A stretch of DNA of 64,000 nucleotides from Nymphaea colorata (lineage: Eukaryota), in the NCBI RefSeq assembly GCF_008831285.2, contig NC_045138.2, positions 26,474,001 through 26,538,000 of the forward strand, given 5' to 3'. Positions 41,995 through 55,661 of the stretch are shown here, in pieces (the first letter of the stretch is position 1; each line of letters starts with the position of its first letter). The notes beneath the pieces were generated by a model that was not told the DNA's origin, did not search any database, and was given only the letters and a program-made list of their open reading frames with translations. The position numbers and the translations under genes were made by a program.

Positions 41995-44012
41995 CGTTTT
42001 GGCCTTTGCCAAGATACCACCCACCAAATGGAGAAGACCATGCGCTCTCTGCGAACGGCAACACTACAGTTCCCACGAGGAGTCAAACCGCGAGACGGGG
42101 AGAGGCGAGAGAGGGACTGAAGGAAGGAAAGAGATCTCAATATCAAGATTTTGTTTTGATCATTCACAAAAAGGATTTTCGTTCACTTTAACGTTGGTAC
42201 AGTCCCCCTGTGACGAGGTTCATCTCGTAGAATCCAAACCCAGTAATTTGGGATGGATCCAACCGAGTGGAAACCCCTAAATTGGGATAAATCCAACCGA
42301 CTCGGATTGTCTTCAAATCTGTTCCTCGAATTCAGTATGAGAGGACCAACGGACCAAGAACTTGTAAATGGGAATTCCTAAGGCCATGAACCAACTGAGC
42401 ACCGGTGGAAGTCTTGCAGTTTCCAGTTGAATAGATCTGTGCTGACCTGAATCTGAGTCCGAAGTAGGTTAGTTTAGGTGATCTTGCACTTTAGAAGGTG
42501 TTTGCTGAAGAGGGAACAGATCTTCTTGTAATACATGTTTATATAACCAAATTATGTCTGTCAGTATAGCATGATCAAAATTCATAGTTTAACGTAACTT
42601 AGTTAAATTTTCAAAAGGGCTTTGTTTTGATCCAGCCTTTTACAAGCAAAGATTTGTCTATTGTTTTAACTTCATACCAAGGAAACTTTCACATATATTT
42701 TATCGTTTAAATATTAATTTAAAGGAGAAGGATTTCATCATAATTAGTTTGAAATTTTTGCGTACGTCCTTTTGTCACTAGCATATCAAAAGATTTATCA
42801 TTCAATTTTGTGTTTTCCTTCCTATCGACAAATTTAAGATCTCCCAATTAGTAGCTGACTCTTAAGGCTTCTAACTTTCTGTACATTGCCTCACTTCGTT
42901 CAATTAAACCATTCACTTCGTTGCAGTTTAAAAGTAAGAATGTTATGATCGCCCATCCAGATGAAAAAAGAGTAATAAAAAATACAAATTTGAGACTTTT
43001 TTAGTTCTGGAAAACTTGGTTGACTTGATTGGTCTTTAAAAGCAACGATTTTTTGTATATTCCGAGAACTGATTTTATTGTCGGCAACTTCAGTTGCAAA
43101 TAAAAAACGGTCAGTAGACTCAGGAATGTTCACTCATCCTCTTTCAGAAACTTTCACTTAATAAAATTCTCAGACCGTTCTCGAGTCGGTGGATGAGGTA
43201 TTATAGTCCAACCTCTGACTTGACTGATTGTCTCGGATTTTCATAATTGTTATCACCAGATTTGGTAAACTGAACTACAATTAACCAAATATAATTATGT
43301 ATCAGATGAATCGCATGAACATCATTCAACCAGTAACTGGATCCAATTACATGAAAACGTTCAGCTTTGGCACTTCGCGAATCTGAGACCAATTCCAATC
43401 AAGCCAACTGATCAGAAACATCACAATTCGCCATATCAAACCTAGCTTTGATCGCTTTTACGTTCTTGCACCTTTTCCGGCAACCAAGAAATTCAGTCCG
43501 AGACCTCTACGAAAGAAGTGATGATGCCATTACAAGTCGATCCTGACACGAGAGATCCACACAGCATTACTATGCATATCAGGACAAGAATTCGCAGTAC
43601 TTTTTACGGAACAATCGTTTGTAGGAATAAAGGCAATTTGTAAATCCAAATAATTCAGTTCCTGATAACTCAATCATGTTACATTCCAAAACAAAGGCTA
43701 CCATACCTTATCATCCCCAAAACTAAGTTATTGATCTCATATGGTATATTGATTATCAAGTATTGATGCAACACTTCAAATTTACAGTTGCCTGCTGCTC
43801 GCAGGTCGCCTTAACTCAAAGAAAGATACAAAAAAGAAGCGTTAAAACTGACGGATGGATTTAAAACACCACAAAATGCACTGTAAGTTCAAACATGTGT
43901 GGTCTAGGCATCCCCACTTTTGGGCTTTTCTGATGGAGCTTAGTAACCTATTGGAACATTCCTCTGAATTAACTTGTGCTAGCAGAACCGTCTTGTGTCA
44001 CTGGAAGACTTC

Positions 44013-47000
44013 TTAACTTTCAAACCACGTCAGCATCCCAACAAGCAAAAACCGACTAGGTAGTTCACCAGGACAAGGTGCGAGATATGTTATCTTTTTC
44101 CTGCCATTGACAATTTATAACCTCATCTAAGACTGTCACTCAGTGGAAGTGTGAAAAAATGACCAAGTAGCATACCTTTGCATATCGATATCTGTTATAT
44201 AGATAAATCCAGCAACATTGCTGCATGATGCAACAAAGTATTTGAGATTAGTTTCATTGACAACCATGCGCCACAAACCAGGCATTAAGCAATTCAAGAG
44301 AGATCATACCTGGAGATCACTTGATCAGGTTCCTTGGCATATGAAACCCCAAGAATTTGGTGGAGCATGTCAAGACTGACGCTGGCAGGTGCCAGGCGTG
44401 TAGGATCAGCTAAGGGCTCTGCACCTACTGGGAGTGCTGAACGGGGCGCCTGTGGCCCACCCCCTAACCGGAAAATAGTTACATCATTGAAACTCACAAC
44501 GTTGGAATGAGGGGAGAGGTCATTGGAGAGACCATAAAAGTATTCCTGCAAGCAAATAACTGGTTAAAGAGCAAAAGGGATTATTCAAAATATCAAATGT
44601 AATGTCAGGGATCAAGTAAAAGATCACCTGAAAAGCAAGAAATTCAGAAGATGCTACAAAAATACTGTGCATGAAAAACTGGGTCAGTTCTTTTCTGAGA
44701 GCTAGACTCTTCTCCAGATTTTTGTGAACCATATGACTTGGACTAAGAAAAATAATTCCACCTACATCTAGTTGTGATCTTGTGAGCACCTAATTCTGTT
44801 GACATGTATGCATGTGCATTTTCTAATCATTCAATTATCAAAAAACAGGAAAGGCATGTCTTTCCGCACAAGAGATACTTCATTCCAGTGCCATAAAGTT
44901 TATGAAAAAAACTGTATATAAACTCAGCCATGTATGGCTTGCAACGGTTAGTAGCCAATACTAAAACTACCATATATAATTGGGAACTAAGCCATATCTT
45001 TCAGTGTCAAGGGCACAATCTGCTTATGTACAAATATGCATTTGTACTTATACCCAATGATCTAGCGATAAAACAGTTTGGAAGATACTTTCATGTCAAC
45101 TTCTGTCTTTCACACTACTTTCTTCAGCAAAAGGTTCACATGCTTTTGAGAGAAAAATAAGGAACACATAACGTTATCAACCACCAATATCACAGAATCT
45201 CATCAAATAATGCATAGCTGTTGATCAAATAGACATACTTCAAGCTAAAGGAAAAGAAAACTACAAAATCAGTCCCAAGATTGTGAATTTGATTTTCACC
45301 ATGGGCAGACATTTCATTTGTTTATGCATCAAACACACTGTGCTGTCTAACAAACCGGCTCAAAAATATATTTCAAGTATTCATTGTGCTCATGCAAAAT
45401 GAAATGGTGCCTTGAGAAACTCTGGCCTATTGTATGGCCTTAAAGCCTGTGATATTATTTTTCACATCCAAGAAGAGTAGGAGACAGGATATTCCAAGAA
45501 CAGTATCATATATCATAGCATGCAACTGATGTATCTCAATAAAAAATAACAGATTAGAAGAGCAAATGGAACACAAAATGAAGAAAAATATTGATCAGTT
45601 CCAAATAAAATAACGGAGGCACATTCAGAATCGACCAAGACTTAAAAGAAATACCCTTATCCTGTGGTTTCTCGCCTTCTGCCGGAATTTTGGGTTTCTT
45701 GAAACAACACCCCCAGACTTGTGAAGTTTGACAACGTCCACACTGCCTTTGGTCTTAAGTACATCTTTAAGCATGCTATAAAGTTTTTCCTGTAAATATC
45801 ATTAAGTCAAATATAAGCCCACATTAACTCAAATATGAGCCACACTATAAAAACAAGCAGCAAACATGAAATAAAATTTCTTAGAATAAAAATAGCTCTT
45901 AACTTATGAATAACAATATGCCCTCTGCCAAATGTTCTATTTGCAAAAGTTATAACATTGTAACTTACAACAGTTTATGCCAGATGAATAAATAGCAACA
46001 ACTATCAACATTTAAGAGAAAGAGAGTTATTGCTGCATATAAAACTATGAAGACTCTTAAGTGATACTATAAGCTTTAAGTTTCTGATTTAACCAATGTG
46101 TTGCATGAAACGAAACTTAAATGCTGTAGCCCCTCAAACAATGGCTCCTGAACATGCACATGTTTTGGATGACAAGTGGCTTGAATCAAGAAGTGAAAAC
46201 TATGATTGCATAGGCTACTATGTCCAGGTCTCTTTAAGATGACATGAAAACTTCGAGCCTGATTCCTGATTAACATACTTGCCCTTGCAATCCTGTTCCC
46301 AATATCTTGTTTTTCAGAAAAATTATTGGAATTTCAGGTTACCTTGATCTATGATTTATTGTTCTATATTTTGAGGTAACAGTAAACTTAAGATACTAAT
46401 TACAAACTTGACTTTGATACCCAAAGTTAAAAGAAACATGAAGCAACTGAATACCTGCCCCAAAACCAACACGACATCAGCATTGAATGCCTCAATGGCA
46501 TGAAGCAGCAACTGGACAAGATATCAAAAACAAATAAGCGGAGCAAGAAGAACTAATGAGTGCTTAGCATGATATTTAAATACAGAAAAATGATCGTTTT
46601 ATAGAATGAGAACCACCTCATATCCAACACCTTCAACCCAACCCATCGTATTGATCACCATGCCTGCAGCTCGAGCTTCAGAATTTCCTGTAAACTGCCT
46701 CTCTAAGGTTTTTGCAAGTTCCTTCACAAGCACTTTGTATAAATCTGCATGACCACTTTACATGGAAAACAGGAAGGATACATGTTGAATTGACAATAAG
46801 AACAGAATGCAATTAAAGAGGGGTGAAGGTAGTGAAGCAACAGAAACCAATCACCTTGGACTAACGTGACCAAAAAAATAGACAATAGGCATCTCAAGAG
46901 GAATTCCCTCAACAGGATCTATGGGCATTTCAATTGGAGTGGCAGCAATGCAGCCGGGAATGGTGATTGATCCTTGACCAATATCCAAATCCACAAATGT

Positions 47001-48240
47001 TGGCTTCCAACCTTGTTTTGAAGCCCAACTTAATAGCATTCTTGACAATGTACTCTTGCCTGAATCAGTTGGTCCTACAACAATCACCCTTGGGCCCTGC
47101 ATCATAGAACACATCTAGCTTAAAATATAAAATTAACTTTAAAATTTAATCAAATTCATATAAATATCATTATGTCTGAAAGTTAGTCACCGAAAGTCAT
47201 GTCATTCAAAATTTCAAATCGTTATAACACATCTGCATGATTCATATACGCACACCATAAGTAGACTATGCATGTACGAACACGCAAAGGGACATGCATA
47301 TACAAGCTCATGTATGCAAGCGCACATGCAGACGCACATACATCTGCCTTTCTAATCGTATGACTTTAATGGTACACAGTCGCGTTGCAAGAGATCAGTC
47401 CTAAACCGTTAAGAAATGAAATTTTAAGATGCCGTATGCAAGCCAATCCCCAGAAATTTTCCTTACATGCTAAATTTTTTAAAAAGGAGGTATCAAATAT
47501 CAAAATGCAACATGTCATGAGCAAGTACCTGCGATTCTTTCTGAACTGGTAGCGACACAGAATCAGCAGAAGCAGTTGTATAAGCTTCCTTTGCACGAGC
47601 CCTTCGGCCATCCAGTATAGCATGCACATTCACATAACTAATCATAGGTGTCTATTCACATACAAACATAGAATCAACGAACAAATCCAATAAACCAGAC
47701 CACACATTTCAATAGGATAGGCGTCGATTTGAAAATGAAACAAAGTACCGGAGTCATGCCCGTAAGGGTGCCTAAAAAATACTACGTGATTTCAATGCTG
47801 TGAGCAACATACCTCATCGGCAACATATTCAACTTCAGTAGTGCCATCCACATCCAAGGTAGCACCATTCCAAGTGAAAATCTGGAAGACAAGCATTCAA
47901 GTGCAAACTTTATAGTTAGCTAAACGGGATAAGTGCAAAAATGACTTCCACAAATTTGTCGACTGAAAACGAAGAAATGTTGCATCCTTCGCGAAGAGGA
48001 GGAAAACTTCCGTTAAATCATCATCATGTTTCCGACGGAAGACCTAAAATGTTTCTTTTATCGTCAATGGTTCGGACGGGAAAGTTCAAATTGTCGTGAA
48101 GTTGGAATGGTTCTCATTGACTATATCAGGAAAAAGACCACCAAGAAACTTCAAAAGCCATAGAAATGCAAACGAAAAATCTAAACTTCGCAGTCCCCAA
48201 ACCCAGGGACACACTCATAGTACCCAGAGAGAGCCGAACT

Positions 48241-48274
<34 letters not shown>

Positions 48275-48481
48275 CACACGTACAGCAAATTTGTGCAAGG
48301 GAGGGAAGGAGACCCAGTTTTCTGGGGGAAGCTCTGTACCAAAGATCTCAGCTGTGCCGGAGGCGAGGCGGATGCGAATTGGGGAGTCCGCCCCCACCTC
48401 TACCCTTAGCTCGCTCTCCTTCACGAGCTTGAACTGCCTGACGGTGGAACTCGCGCCTGTACCCGCTACCCCCATCATCAT
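44013..48481 (-). CDS. CLP1: CLP1 homologue (polynucleotide 5'-OH kinase / cleavage factor II subunit, plant CLPS3-like), 443 aa
   Basis: Exons 48481-48284, 47881-47813, 47651-47529, 47096-46855, 46755-46617, 46511-46455, 45789-45655, 44545-44310, 44220-44176, 44100-44013 (1332 nt, in frame). Motifs ESELRVEV, GTAEIFGTEL, YVADETPMISYVNVH, intact P-loop GPTDSGKST, DLDIGQGSITIPG, INTMGW, KSGGVVSR, IREYFYG, SNVAGFI. Confidence 0.96.
48244..48272. repeat. (GA)n microsatellite in CLP1 intron 1
   Basis: Directly visible. Confidence 0.93.
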
Positions 48482-49538
48482 CACCCGCCCCCTCTTCTTC
48501 CCCTTGGTAGAAAGAAATAACTGAAAAAAATTTACGAATTTTCATAGTGGCGTTTTAGAAAGAGATTCTTTGTATAGAGGACACGTCTAGGGAGTCATCT
48601 TGGAAAGTTACAACATATTTATTACCATTACTAAGAAATTCTTAGGGGACATTGGTTTTAATCTTCCAAGTAATTCAATTAAAATGAGAGTTGATTCTTT
48701 TTAAGAGTCTTCCCTTAAAATTTCTTCTCCACACTATTGAGGGGCACTAAGGAAGGGCTTAGATTGTTTTACATTTGAGATTTGAATGTTTGATCTTTAT
48801 AGAGAATTGGTCCTTTTAATATTTACTTGCCGGAAACTATCTCTTATGCCTTTAATATTTTGATTTATTTAAATGTCCAAATCTATAGTACACCTTTTAG
48901 CTTGATCAGTAACTATAGAAATTGCAAGTTTTGAAACTATGCATTTAAATATTTTTAATATGCCTTGCATTGATATGTTTTCAATCAGAAAAGGGGTGTC
49001 CCAAAGTGAGATCTATAAATTTGAAAATGGGACTTTTGCAAACTTACGATGCAATTCACGAATTATTCACACATAAAATTTCAAACGCTCGTTATAAATA
49101 ATTGGAAATCTTACAATTTAGACTTTTAAGAACTTAAATCACCTCAAATCTTAGAAGCCGAAGCAATAGAATAAACCCACACGATGCTAAGTTTTCCAAT
49201 TGTTTTGGGTTATTGAACCATGGAGTATGATGATCTCTTGATGAGGCAACAAGATCTATCTTCGAAGCATTAAGAGCTTGTGGAAGCCGTTTCAAGTTGA
49301 ACGAGGTCAATATTCCAAATTTCCAATATGTATTTGATAGCATAAATTGATGAAAAAAAGGAAAAAAGTGGGGAAAGTATCCTATGTTCGTTTTCAGGTT
49401 CAGTGCACAATGAAATATTTTCCGGAGTTACAAGACGTCGTGAAATTATACGATCTGATATAAGCTCCCGAAAACCGGGCCCTTTTTAAGTTCTGGATTT
49501 TCTGAATCATCGAGAGAAGGAGAGAGAGGGAGAGAGAG

Positions 49539-49805
49539 ATGGGGTTCGTGATGGAGTTCGCGGAGAACCTGATACGCCGGATGATGGAGGACCCCGAGGA
49601 GAGGGACAGGAAGAACAGGGAGCACATCTACGCGGTGAAGGCTCGGTGCGACAAGACCAAGGAGATGTGGGCGCTGCCCATCAGGCCCTACGGCTTCTGG
49701 ACCTTCGAGCGCCACAACGCGCAGCTCGCCCGCGACGCCCAGATAAGCAACGCTGCTGGACGCCGCGACCCCTATGACGAGCTCCTCCTCGACGACTCTA
49801 AGTAG
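49539..49805 (+). CDS. Plant-specific mitochondrial complex I accessory subunit P1 (11-kDa subunit; At1g67350-like as recalled), 88 aa
   Basis: GC-rich single coding exon MGFVMEFAENLIRRMMEDPEERDRK...KEMWALPIRPYGFWTFERHNAQL...GRRDPYDELL, recognised as the conserved complex I P1 sequence. Confidence 0.88.
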   Translation: MGFVMEFAENLIRRMMEDPEERDRKNREHIYAVKARCDKTKEMWALPIRPYGFWTFERHNAQLARDAQISNAAGRRDPYDELLLDDSK

Positions 49806-49853
49806 CCTCGCCTCTCGGCCTGCCTACTTCTCTTACTGCTTCGCGTTGTTCAG

Positions 49854-52576
49854 GTAAAATTTCGATGGACCAATTTGATGTTCTGTATGATGCTCCGATT
49901 GTGTTTGTTTCTTGGTCGATTCCGGATATGCCAATTCTTTCCCCAGAATTATCCAGGATATTTTTTGGATGTCTTCTGATCACTGCTATTGTGATCCCCA
50001 GTGAATTAGAGCAATACCATTGATAATTTCCCACCACTTGGTGTTGAAACAAACAGTTGGTTTGTGATTGGGAGTTCTTAGGGTATTGTGTCTGTTGATT
50101 TCCCCCAATCTGGGAACAGATTTTTCATAGACAGTGATTAGTAAGATGGGCTACCCAGGTAAGATTTACTAGGATTTTAGTTTTGCGTGGAAGCATTTAT
50201 CACTTACCGAAATGCATAACCTTGATGCGGCGATTGCTATTCTGTCTTTGGTTCGTGGAAGCGCATAATCATTTAGTTTTTTGTGTTGTTGAGTCATTCT
50301 TTGTATTTCCTAAAGGTTAGCTTAAGAGCGATCCTGACGGTAGATTTGGTGTTGGACTCAACTCAACTCATCTACATGCTTATGAACTTGACCAGTCGGA
50401 CATTGACTAGTCTTCTTCCATTTGTTATAAGCTCCTGCCTGATCACAGGGATGGCTTGTGAGGGTTGTGCATGGAAATTCTTTTACACCATTAATTTGCC
50501 AGAATATTTACAACTTCGTTCTTATCTCTTCAAGCAACCGTTCAACTGATCTGCCCATTTGGAGCAGTTGATCTTTTGCTAACCAGTGATCGTCTGCTGA
50601 TTTGAAAGATTGTGTTCTTTGCACGTTATAGCTGCATTTGCATTCATTAGTTATGTCTACCTTAATAGACATTTTTAATCTTTTGCTATCTATCCTTAAT
50701 CTGCTGGTATAAAAACTTTTGTTATTTTTTCATGTTATCGCTGCATTGGCATTTATTGGTTACGTCTACTTTAAGGACAATTTTGATCTTTTTGCTATCC
50801 AATGGAATCTGCTGATGTTGGAAATTGCATTGTTTGTGTGTCATAGCTGAATTTGCATTCATTGGTCATGTTTATATCTCAAGAATCCTTTTAAGAGGTT
50901 GGGAAGCTGCATCAGTTATAAGGGCCTGGGTTATTTCTCAAAGATAATAGTCATTGGAGGTCAAATTGGTGTTAAACTTTTGGGTCTAGATCATACGAAC
51001 AAGTTGGGCTTGAATCCACGCGGTAAAAAGAGAAAAATAAGCCGAAAGATGTATAAGTTAGACCAGTGGATGAATATTGTGGGAATATATGACAAAGAGA
51101 TAAAATAGCAATAAATCTGTTAGTCACATAAGATGAGAAAATGCCAATGGGCAGACCTGTAGGTAAGTTAGCAGCTTTAGGGCTGAACCTATCAGGGCAG
51201 TTTCTGAAAAAGATACCTTGATGTTCGTGGGAAGTAGGGGAATGAAGAGCTTGGAGAAGGAAAAGAAAAATGAAAAGGATAGGAAGGAAGTGCATGAAAA
51301 GGAAGATGAAAGAAATAAGGAAGTAAATGATTTCACGGTCAATGTAAGGCAAAAGTTTGGCAGATGAAGAAGACAAGAAGAAGGAATAGTGTATCACAGG
51401 AAAACCAAAGAGAAGAGAAACCAACCTCAAGAATATGAATAAGAAAGGTACTGTCAGGACCCATGAAGAGGTTTTGTGTTGGACATCTCATAGTGATCTG
51501 ACCTTTTTATTGAAGTGCATTGCAGCATGGTGAAGAAATAGCATGTGAGTGTGAGAAATTTAATGGCATTAGGTTGATTTGCCATGACAATGTTGTGTAC
51601 GCCAAAGTAATTTGCAGCTGTTTGAATTCCTGCTCTATGCAATGCACCATTTAACATCAGACTAGTACATCAAATGGTTGCATATGAAATTTTAAGGATG
51701 TGCTGTTTTTGTTCCGTGAATGGATGTGTTGTTTTTGTTCTGTGTACTGCTGTGGCATGAAAAGTTTTGGATGCCACTTTAAGGGTTTATTCTAGCTTGT
51801 CTCAGCACATCCTAATTGCTGACTGTTATTTGAATGGTATACTCTCTCTTAGTCATGGTTGACTCTTTTATGATTATGCTTCGGTTGATATTATTGCAAC
51901 TTTTTCTGAAAATATTATTTTAGTGTCCTAAGTCATGTTTTCACATGTATAGTTCTTCATCAAATCAAGTTTCTTTTATATGTGGGTAGGATTAAGTATT
52001 TAAAAATCAATTGTCTGAAAATTTACAGCTTAGAACATCTTACTACATGATAGGTAAACTTTGAACTGAGTCCACGAGTAGGCTTTTGTCCATGAATATT
52101 CTTACGTGGTTACAGTTTTTTTTGCGAAAAACAAAACATCTGGTTTCTGTGAATTTGAGAGAGCATGTTTAGCTATGACGTGGGTAAGTAGGCCTTTGGA
52201 GGGCATGCAATTTATCGTCCATAGTTTGACAACGTGACTAGCTTGTGTTTATAATGCATGCAAATGCAAAGCAGTTACAAATAGACGAGAATATTAATCC
52301 ACTACTGGTCATTTCCACTGTGGTTACCTACTGTTGGTATGTCCAATTTGCATAGGATTATACCTGATTTTCAAATCAGTGATTTCTAGGTGATGACAAT
52401 GAGCACAAGAAAAATGAAATAATAATCTTTGTGAATTTATCAGGTTGGTATTGTTTTGTGCATATGTAGGTGACGACAAATTGCTTAACCTGTTCTTTAT
52501 AATGTTTCATATGCCTTTTTCCTTCTACTTGTCTGCATCATCTTGATTTATGCTTCTTGTGTCTTTATCGATGCAG
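49854..52576 (+). other. Probable 3'UTR intron of the P1 gene (~2.7 kb)
   Basis: Donor CAG|GTAAAA 48 nt after the stop; T-rich interior; pyrimidine tract and ATGCAG| at 52576, followed by aataaa. Confidence 0.55.
50568..50885. repeat. Three degenerate ~107-bp tandem units
   Basis: Units start at 50568, 50675 and 50783 with tt(g/a)atctttt(t)gcta, and each contains tctgctg and gctg.att.gcatt.att.gt.a.gt.ta. Confidence 0.8.
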
Positions 52577-52956
52577 GAAGGTGCAGGTGCAATAAAAACA
52601 CCTTGATGGATCCATATAACATTGTTAATCGATTGTCTTCAGTGCAATCTGTTACTTTTGGACAATTAAACTCAATGGTTAGACTGCATGGAACTGTTTG
52701 AAATTAATGACTCAAGGTCTGTCCTGTTTATGGTTAATCTCATGTTATTTCATTGACAATTGTAGCATACGGACACCCACTACAACAGTTCGCATGCTCA
52801 TACTGGAATCTCATTATCATGTTCTTTAATGGGTTCACTTCCAACAGATTGTTTGAATGTGATGTGGAGAATAAGAGAGATCTGACGCCTTGATGGGTTC
52901 TTGTTTCAAGTGAAATGTTTGTTGAGGACCCAGTTCATGGTGATGTATTTGGGATT

Positions 52957-52991
52957 GAGAGAGAGAGAGAGAGAGATAGAGAGAGAGAGAG
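52957..52991. repeat. (GA)n microsatellite (one interruption)
   Basis: Directly visible. Confidence 0.9.
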
Positions 52992-55175
52992 TCTTGCAGT
53001 TCAGGATGTGAAAATGTCTTGTGCCGTAAATTGACATTGATGTTTGTATAGGATCTTATAAGATGTAGAAAGACTTCCGGACAAAAGAAAACACGATTAA
53101 TAGGAGATAACAAGTTAACCATGTTGATCAATCATGTTCATGTGATTTAGTTTTTTTATGACGGTTCTAAAAGATGGGCATGAACAGCACTTGGGCATTA
53201 GTCGTGCACATAAGTTAACAGGAACCAAAGACACGACATTTTGTGGGGAAGTTTAAAAAAAGTTGCAAACAGCTGAATCATGGCAGGCCCCAGCCTTTTC
53301 TCTATGTTAATGCAGCCTTCCTTGCTTCGGTAGTGATTACCTTGATGCGGCAGATACTCCCGGCTGGTATTGTGGTCCCAACTTCTCCACAGAATCCTGC
53401 GGAAGTCTGCAAGAACACAGGTTCCATTTCTTACTTCTGGTGCCTATCTCTGTTTGTGTGACATACACACGAACCACGAGTTCGCAGAAGTTTGTGACAT
53501 GGCATGAGTTGTTCTTCCAGATACCACAAGAACGGACAGATTATTTAGTTTGTTATCTTGCTAGAGCTACTTAAAAGTCTCAGAGGGGGGTGGCACACAA
53601 TGGTTTAGGGTGAGGGTTGGCCGACGACCGGTCTCCATTTTGAGTGTTAGGGATGCCAACCTTTTGCGAAAGACACAAAGACACTACAGGTATGTATGCC
53701 TTTTATGTTAATGGGACAATAGGTTGAGTGAGAACTTCTGATCTCTACCAAGAAATACTATTAAAAAATTACTCATCTAAAAGACTATTATTTTTTTTTT
53801 TTAAGTTTCCCGCTCACCTAGAAAGACCATTAAAAAACCCTTCACTCGAAAATACTATACTTTTTTTTTTATCAACAAAAATGACATTGTTTGTCCAGAT
53901 CGGAATGCCTGTCACCGTTTCCCATATTATGCTTCTAGGAATTCTGCAATATAGCCTGTCCTTAACATGGTTAACTACCAGATAACGCGTGTAACTTGTA
54001 CTGTCAGAAAGAGTGGTCTGTGGAATCAATGGTACTTGCTTCCAACGATTGTGACTTCTATTTTTTTTTTTTTAATGACTCAGAACTTTTAGCCAGTACA
54101 AAGGAACACAGTTTATTTAGGCAGCTTTCTGGGGTTGGCGGGGGGCTGTATCTACCCGAGTAACTCGGGTGCGCATCGGGCTGAAGTTTGAGCTTAATGT
54201 TGCAGCTTGTTGGTTTTCACTTGCCTACAGTAATACCAAACCTACATATCAATTTACCTTCGACGTGTTTAATTTTTTCCACATGGACTGAAGACATGAA
54301 CTGGGCTCACGGTTTCACACTTTCATATTTCCTGGATCCTGGAGGATCTTAATTTCAGGTTAAAATTCTTTGTGGGTGGAAGAGGCATTAGCAAAATAGT
54401 TACTGCCAAATATGTGCAAAGCCCAGGATGTCACTTGTTTTTCCCAGGAAGATGGCTATATTTGCCAAGTCGTTGAAGGTAGGTTTTGTCCAATCACTTT
54501 TTCAAAAAGTTTTCACGTTCTCATCTTCAGTAGGTCTCACGTAGCCTTACCCGCTCAAAGTTCAAGAGTACATCTCTAATGCTCATAGGTGCAGCCGTCA
54601 GTGGCTATATAGATATCTTTCAAATGAGTCTGTCCTGATTATGAGAGCTGGTCACCTACTGAAAGTACCATTATTTCTTACCATTGTTTCTTAGGAAAAA
54701 ATGGCAGAAAGCCAAAGGAAGCCTCACAAATTAATACTTGGGGGCACCAGAAAGTTTTTACTTTTTATGCTTTTTTCCTTCTTTGTTTTCCTTGTCTTTC
54801 TTTTTTCTTTCGTGATTGACAAAGTAATGCGTATGACGTGTTTCGCAATAAGAGCTCCGAATAATAATTTGTTCACTCGCTCTGGATGCCGATATTTTCA
54901 GTTTTAGTACTTCCTTCAGTATGGTCAGAGTGCCTTATAGTTGGTAGCCGGTCAAAATCTACCTCGAAGGCCACTTACTGTGTCCACCTTGGAATTGCAA
55001 CTCCAATTCAGAATTTCTCAACGGAGAAATCGGAAAATGGTTCTTCTTGGCAGACTAACATTTTCTGTACTGATTATAAGCACATCATTCCCTGAGATTC
55101 TTGGCACAGGAGGAGGAATGAGGGGGGAACAAAGAGAAGCGGAGACAACCAACTGACCTCAGTTAGAGAATATTG

Positions 55176-55661
55176 ATGCGAATGAAGACGTCTCTGCTCC
55201 CTGTTGCGCTTCTTGTGCTCATGATCACCATTTCGTCTCAATCGTGTCCACCGTCCTTTGCAGATGCGTCTTGCGTCAGGCCCCTACTGTAGCTTCTGTG
55301 GAAGGGAAGGAAAAAAAAGTCAATGTTTCTCGTCCTTACTGTATAGATTTCCAGATGTAGGTGTACCATGATTAAGTTATTTCACATAGTTTTCTGCATA
55401 TTTATTGGTGATCCTTTTGGGAGGTTTAGTTGTCTCCATCATAAGTTAAAGCATTAGATACAACTGAAATCCAAAGCTTAGATCTCATGGAGATAAGGAT
55501 AGTTTATGTTGCCATCATATTAATCAGGAATGTCTTAATGATGTGACGAATCCAAACAGCGGGCTAGTGTTCTGTCCAACCTGTGTCTGCTGTACACCGG
55601 CTCCTGCAAGTGGTGCAGATGTTGTGCGTCTTCCATCACCACCCAAAACCAGAAGCCATGA
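55176..55661 (+). pseudogene. Frameshifted two-exon gene for a small secreted cysteine-rich peptide
   Basis: Exon 1 encodes a signal-peptide-like MRMKTSLLPVALLVLMITISSQSCPPSFADA, then shifts frame to LRQAPTVASVEGKEKK (GT at 55319). Acceptor taatcag at 55527. Exon 2 encodes ECLNDVTNPNSGLVFCPTCVCCTPAP, then shifts frame to KWCRCCASSITTQNQKP* (TGA 55659-55661). Confidence 0.6.

Noticed and set aside
43518..43546. C/D box snoRNA (gtgatga ... ctga)
   Set aside because: The boxes are only about 18 nt apart and I recognised no rRNA-antisense element.
49446..49715. Antisense ORFs overlapping P1, and antisense ORFs over exons of CWF19L2, CABIN1 and CLP1
   Set aside because: Shadow frames of real exons; there is no independent evidence for them.
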